Assembly (NCBI GenBank): GCA_937968065.1
Contig: CALBUD010000057.1
Location: 1-7,716 of the forward strand
Direction of reading: 5' to 3'
Length of the DNA: 7,716 bases
From: Candidatus Iainarchaeum sp.
GTDB lineage: Archaea > Iainarchaeota > Iainarchaeia > Iainarchaeales > CSSED10-239
Shown: positions 4,806 through 7,716 of the stretch, piece by piece
How the letters are laid out: the number at the start of each line of letters is the position of its first letter
Position numbering within the stretch: the first letter of the stretch is position 1
Notes under the pieces: generated by a model
Told to the model about the DNA's origin: nothing
What the model saw: the letters and a program-made list of their open reading frames with translations, nothing else
Database searches by the model: none
Made by a program: the position numbers and the translations under genes

Positions 4806-5762
4806 TTATATTAAAAAAGTAATTGTTAAAACAATTACAATCACCATAAACAAAGCTTGCAAAGGAAGAGCAGGCATTGCTTTTAAGTTTCTTACCTTTA
4901 AGATATAAAATGTTAAAAACAAACCAATTAAGGAAGAGATCCATAATAAAATAAGAACTAAGATAATTATGTTTAAAGGTAAAAGATTAAGTAGATAGAA
5001 ATAAAGAGAAGAAGAAACAACTAAAGGAATAACAATATCTCCTGCTCCTAATTGATAAACTCTTTCTTTTGAAGGAATATAAAAGATTAAAGCCATTTTT
5101 GTTTTTGAAAAAGTTTTTGCTAAATCAATCATGTGTTTTGTATAAAAAACAGCAATAATATCATATATTGATAAAAGAATGATAAACACAATTACAGGAA
5201 TAATTCCTAAAGAAAGACCAATAATTGCACCAGCTCCAGCAATTGCAATTCCTAAAAAAATATTATTATACCACATTATGGTTTTTTTATATTCTGGGGC
5301 ATTTTTTTCTAAAAGATATTTTGTAAATAAAAGAAGAACTGCAAGGTATAAACCAATAACATATAATAAAAACACATCAAAAACTATAACCATTCCAAAA
5401 AATAAAGCAATATATTCAAAAAACTTTAGATATCCTGTTCTTTTTGAAAATCTTTTTATTAAAAGAATTATTCCTGTTATTAAAAGTATTTGACCAATAA
5501 TAAATAAAGCATTAACTATATCATTAGGATCATCAGTTATTAAAGTAATTCTTAAATCTTCAAAAGAAGAATAGTAAGAGAATGTTAAAAAACCAATAAC
5601 TTGAATAATTATAAAAATTATTAAAAAGAAAATTATGAATTTTGAAGAAAGTTTTTTTCCTTCAATTTTAGAAGAATCTTTTTTATAAGTTTCTTTTTTA
5701 GAAAGTTTTTCTTTCTTTATAACTTTTTTTTTCTTTAAAGGTTTTTTTAGATCTTTTTTCAT
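4806..5762 (-). CDS. Presenilin / signal-peptide-peptidase family (A22) intramembrane aspartyl protease homologue, about 9 TM segments
   Basis: All three family signatures occur in order, each within a hydrophobic segment: YD (LLSIYDIIAVFY, Asp201, codon 5160-5162), GxGD (LGAGDIVIPL, Asp242, codon 5037-5039) and PAL (MPALPLQ, residues 297-299). About nine hydrophobic stretches follow a Lys-rich ~41-aa N-terminus. Confidence 0.75.
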   Translation of the reverse strand: MKKDLKKPLKKKKVIKKEKLSKKETYKKDSSKIEGKKLSSKFIIFFLIIFIIIQVIGFLTFSYYSSFEDLRITLITDDPNDIVNALFIIGQILLITGIILLIKRFSKRTGYLKFFEYIALFFGMVIVFDVFLLYVIGLYLAVLLLFTKYLLEKNAPEYKKTIMWYNNIFLGIAIAGAGAIIGLSLGIIPVIVFIILLSIYDIIAVFYTKHMIDLAKTFSKTKMALIFYIPSKERVYQLGAGDIVIPLVVSSSLYFYLLNLLPLNIIILVLILLWISSLIGLFLTFYILKVRNLKAMPALPLQALFMVIVIVLTITFLI

Positions 5763-5788
5763 AATTATTACTTTTTTTAATAAAAAAA

Positions 5789-6316
5789 CTATTTTCTTTT
5801 AACAAACTTTAAAACAGTTCTTGGTTTCTCTTTTCCATCTTTTGAAAGATAAGGTTTATTTTTAAGAGGATCTTTTTCAAGAACATATCTTCCTTTAGAA
5901 GTTTTTTGTTTTCTGTTTGCAATAAATTCATTTATGCTATACATTCTGTTATTTACAACAGGTCTTCCTGAAAAAAGAGTAACCCTTTTTTTTGCTCTAA
6001 GATATGCAACCACTCTTAATTTTAGTTTCTTTCCATATCCTTTATCTCTGTATTCTTTTAAAATATATTGATTTTCAGAAAAATATTTATTATCATACCT
6101 TAAACCTTGATTAAAACCTATTGGTTTTCCATCTTTTAATATTAAAAAAAACTCAATGTTTTGTTTGTTTGAAAAAAGATAAGTGGTTAATCTACTTATA
6201 TAGTTTTTTTCAACAACTTCATTTTCATATTTAATCTTATGAATTTCTTTTAAAAACTCTTTATTTTCTAAAAGATCTGAGAGATTATTAATATCATAAT
6301 GTTTATAAGAAATCAT
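5789..6316 (-). CDS. Divergent GNAT-family N-acetyltransferase-like protein with a basic C-terminal tail
   Basis: ILKDGKPIGF (beta4-like) is followed by YILKEYRDKGYGKKLKLRVVAYLRAKK, which contains the GNAT motif-A signature R/Q-x-x-G-x-G/A (RDKGYG, 6032-6049). NNRMYSINEF resembles the N..A...Y...GF segment. Residues ~135-175 are Lys/Arg-rich. The assignment rests on one short motif plus a secondary-structure-like pattern only. Confidence 0.45.
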   Translation of the reverse strand: MISYKHYDINNLSDLLENKEFLKEIHKIKYENEVVEKNYISRLTTYLFSNKQNIEFFLILKDGKPIGFNQGLRYDNKYFSENQYILKEYRDKGYGKKLKLRVVAYLRAKKRVTLFSGRPVVNNRMYSINEFIANRKQKTSKGRYVLEKDPLKNKPYLSKDGKEKPRTVLKFVKRK

Positions 6317-6354
6317 AATTAATCTTTGTAATATTTAATAAATAAAAGAAGAGT

Positions 6355-6376
6355 AAAAGGTTTTTTAAAACCTTTT
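6355..6376 (-). terminator. Perfect 10-bp inverted repeat (hairpin) immediately after the MCM stop codon
   Basis: AAAAGGTTTT (6355-6364) and AAAACCTTTT (6367-6376) are exact reverse complements separated by 2 nt. The element abuts the MCM stop (6378-6380), and on the minus strand T-rich sequence follows it (CTTCTTTTATTTATT). Confidence 0.4.
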
Positions 6377-6377
6377 T

Positions 6378-7716
6378 TTAAAAAGATTCAGGGTCAGTTG
6401 CTTTTAAAAGACCAGACCTAGGTTCATAAACATCACCTAATTGTTTAAGTTTTTTAATAGCATCCATAACTTTTTCTTTTTGATGTCCGTCTTTTTCAAC
6501 AATATCTAAAAGCTCTTTAACAGTTATTGGTTCTGTAACTGAAAGTTCTTTTATAAGTTTTAAAATAACTTTTATAAAATTTCTCTCACTTTGAGATTGA
6601 CCTGTCTGAAGAATATCAATATCAATCTTTCCTGTCTCTTTATCCATTGCAACTTGCTCTAAAGAAGTTTTAAAAACTCTAATTGCTCTCTCTGCATCTC
6701 CTTCATCAATTGTTGTTTTTAATTTTATTTTTGCACTTGCTTCAGAAAGTCTTATTAGACCTTCAAGCTGTCTTGGAGTTGCTGTAAAGCTTCTTGATTT
6801 ACGACCCATATCTCTTAACTCAACATAAAATTTTAAAATTAAATCAGAAGCATTTTCTGTTAAAACAGGTCTTAGGTTTTGTCTTGAATAAGCAACATAT
6901 TTTTTAAAAATATTTGGGTCAATAACAGGTAATATTTGTTTTTCAATCTCATCAAACTCTTCTTTTGTTATTGATTTATCTCTTCCTGAAAGTTTTTCTG
7001 CAAAAGCTTGTGTTTTTAAAACATGCTTTGCAATATCAGAATCTAGTTTTTTATCTAAAAGATCTGGAATTACAAAATATAAATCAAATCTTGATAATAA
7101 AGAAAAAGGAAGATCTATTTGTTCTAAAGGAGGTTTATAAGGATCAAATCTATTATATTTTGGATTTGCTGCTGCTAAAACAGAAGTATCAGCTCTAAAT
7201 TTACTGTAAAGACCAGCTTTTGAAACAGAAACTGTTGATTGTGCCATTGCTTCGTGAAGAGAAGATCTATCATCTGTTGATATTTTATCAAACTCATCAA
7301 TCATTGCAATACCACCACTTGCTAAAATAATAGCACCAGCTTTTAATGTCCAACCACCCTCTCCATATTCATCTTTAACAGCTGAAACTGTAAGACCTGC
7401 ACCAGAAACTGTTTTTCCTGCAACATATATACTTTTTGGAGCTAAGATGTTTGCATATTCTAAAAGTTTAGATTTTCCTGTAGAAGGATCACCAACTAAA
7501 AGAACATGTATGTTTCCTCTAAATTTTTGTTTTGCTATTTCTTTTTTAACACCACCAAACATTTGTAAAGTAATTGCTTCTTTTACAACTTCGTGTCCAA
7601 AAATGTTTGGAGCTACAGATTTTGATAAAAGTTCATAAATATTTTCTTTTTTTGAAAGATTTTTAATTTCTTGTTCTTCTTCAAAAGATATTTTTAATTC
7701 TTCATACTCTTGATCT
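6378..7716 (-). CDS. mcm: MCM replicative helicase, AAA+ and C-terminal winged-helix portion (5' end lies beyond the window)
   Basis: Walker A GDPSTGKS, Walker B AMIDEFDK, sensor-1 AAANP, arginine finger SRFDL, sensor-2 TPRQLEGLIRLSEA. The frame stays open from the Met at 7562 to the window edge and encodes DQEYEELKISFEEEQEIKNLSKKENIYELLSKSVAPNIFGHEVVKEAITLQMFGG. This is the conserved MCM segment (cf. IAPSIYGHE.IK.A..L.LFGG) preceding the Walker A, so the Met at 7562 is internal. Confidence 0.95.
   Translation of the reverse strand, partial: DQEYEELKISFEEEQEIKNLSKKENIYELLSKSVAPNIFGHEVVKEAITLQMFGGVKKEIAKQKFRGNIHVLLVGDPSTGKSKLLEYANILAPKSIYVAGKTVSGAGLTVSAVKDEYGEGGWTLKAGAIILASGGIAMIDEFDKISTDDRSSLHEAMAQSTVSVSKAGLYSKFRADTSVLAAANPKYNRFDPYKPPLEQIDLPFSLLSRFDLYFVIPDLLDKKLDSDIAKHVLKTQAFAEKLSGRDKSITKEEFDEIEKQILPVIDPNIFKKYVAYSRQNLRPVLTENASDLILKFYVELRDMGRKSRSFTATPRQLEGLIRLSEASAKIKLKTTIDEGDAERAIRVFKTSLEQVAMDKETGKIDIDILQTGQSQSERNFIKVILKLIKELSVTEPITVKELLDIVEKDGHQKEKVMDAIKKLKQLGDVYEPRSGLLKATDPESF

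Noticed and set aside
5179-5493. 104-aa plus-strand ORF from the supplied track
   Set aside because: It is antisense to the presenilin-like CDS. Its open frame is explained by the codon bias of the opposite strand, and it has no motifs and no upstream promoter space.
6965-7198. 77-aa plus-strand ORF from the supplied track
   Set aside because: It is antisense to the strongly supported MCM CDS. It is a Leu/Lys/Tyr-rich shadow ORF with no motifs.
7560-7562. The Met at 7562 as the MCM start codon, as implied by the ORF track
   Set aside because: The frame remains open to the window edge. The upstream 51 codons encode the conserved MCM segment ...SVAPNIFGHEVVKEAITLQMFGG, so the Met is internal and the gene is truncated by the window rather than being a short MCM.
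7447-7638. 63-aa plus-strand ORF from the supplied track
   Set aside because: It is antisense to the MCM Walker-A region, where the minus-strand reading is unambiguous (GDPSTGKS).
1-7716. Scan for tRNA/rRNA genes, CRISPR arrays, transposase/integrase genes, inteins in MCM, and toxin-antitoxin pairs around the GNAT
   Set aside because: No GC-rich structured islands typical of RNA genes in AT-rich genomes were seen, and no regularly spaced repeats. MCM motifs are contiguous from Walker A to sensor 2 with no intein-sized insertion. No small partner ORF flanks the GNAT, and no recombinase-like ORFs are present.

Overview
The window is a very AT-rich (roughly three-quarters A+T by eye), tightly packed archaeal chromosomal segment. 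It holds eight convincing protein genes, and I could not recognise any RNA genes, CRISPR arrays or mobile elements. Every call rests on by-eye motif recognition, because no searches were possible. The gene set (MCM helicase, aIF1A, aIF2-beta, Rio1 kinase, a Dim2/Pno1-like KH protein, a Dph6-type domain, a presenilin-type protease) is unmistakably archaeal. The extreme AT bias, Lys/Ile/Asn-rich compact proteins and tiny intergenic spacers suggest a reduced-genome lineage such as DPANN; that placement is inference.

Layout:
- One plus-strand gene, 173-2278.
- A minus-strand string converging on it: aIF2-beta > DUF424-like > aIF1A > Rio1 > KH protein (4736 down to 2300).
- Upstream of that string on the minus strand: MCM (5' end beyond the window) > GNAT-like protein > presenilin/SPP-like membrane protease.

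The most interesting object is the 701-aa plus-strand ORF. It is an uninterrupted in-frame fusion of three modules: an AsnB-type N-terminal-Cys glutaminase, an AsnB-type PP-loop synthetase, and a complete diphthine-ammonia ligase (Dph6/MJ0570-type) domain. This suggests a glutamine-fed diphthamide amidation machine and a possible function for the enigmatic archaeal AsnB-like paralogues.

Secondary points:
- An uncharacterised DUF424-like protein sits between two initiation-factor genes.
- Two conserved translation gene strings appear merged into one apparent operon.
- A tandemly duplicated TATA-containing module lies upstream of aIF2-beta.
- The presenilin homologue carries a poly-Lys N-terminal tail.
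- The divergent GNAT carries a basic C-terminal tail.

The four plus-strand ORFs in the supplied track that lie antisense to minus-strand genes are shadow ORFs.
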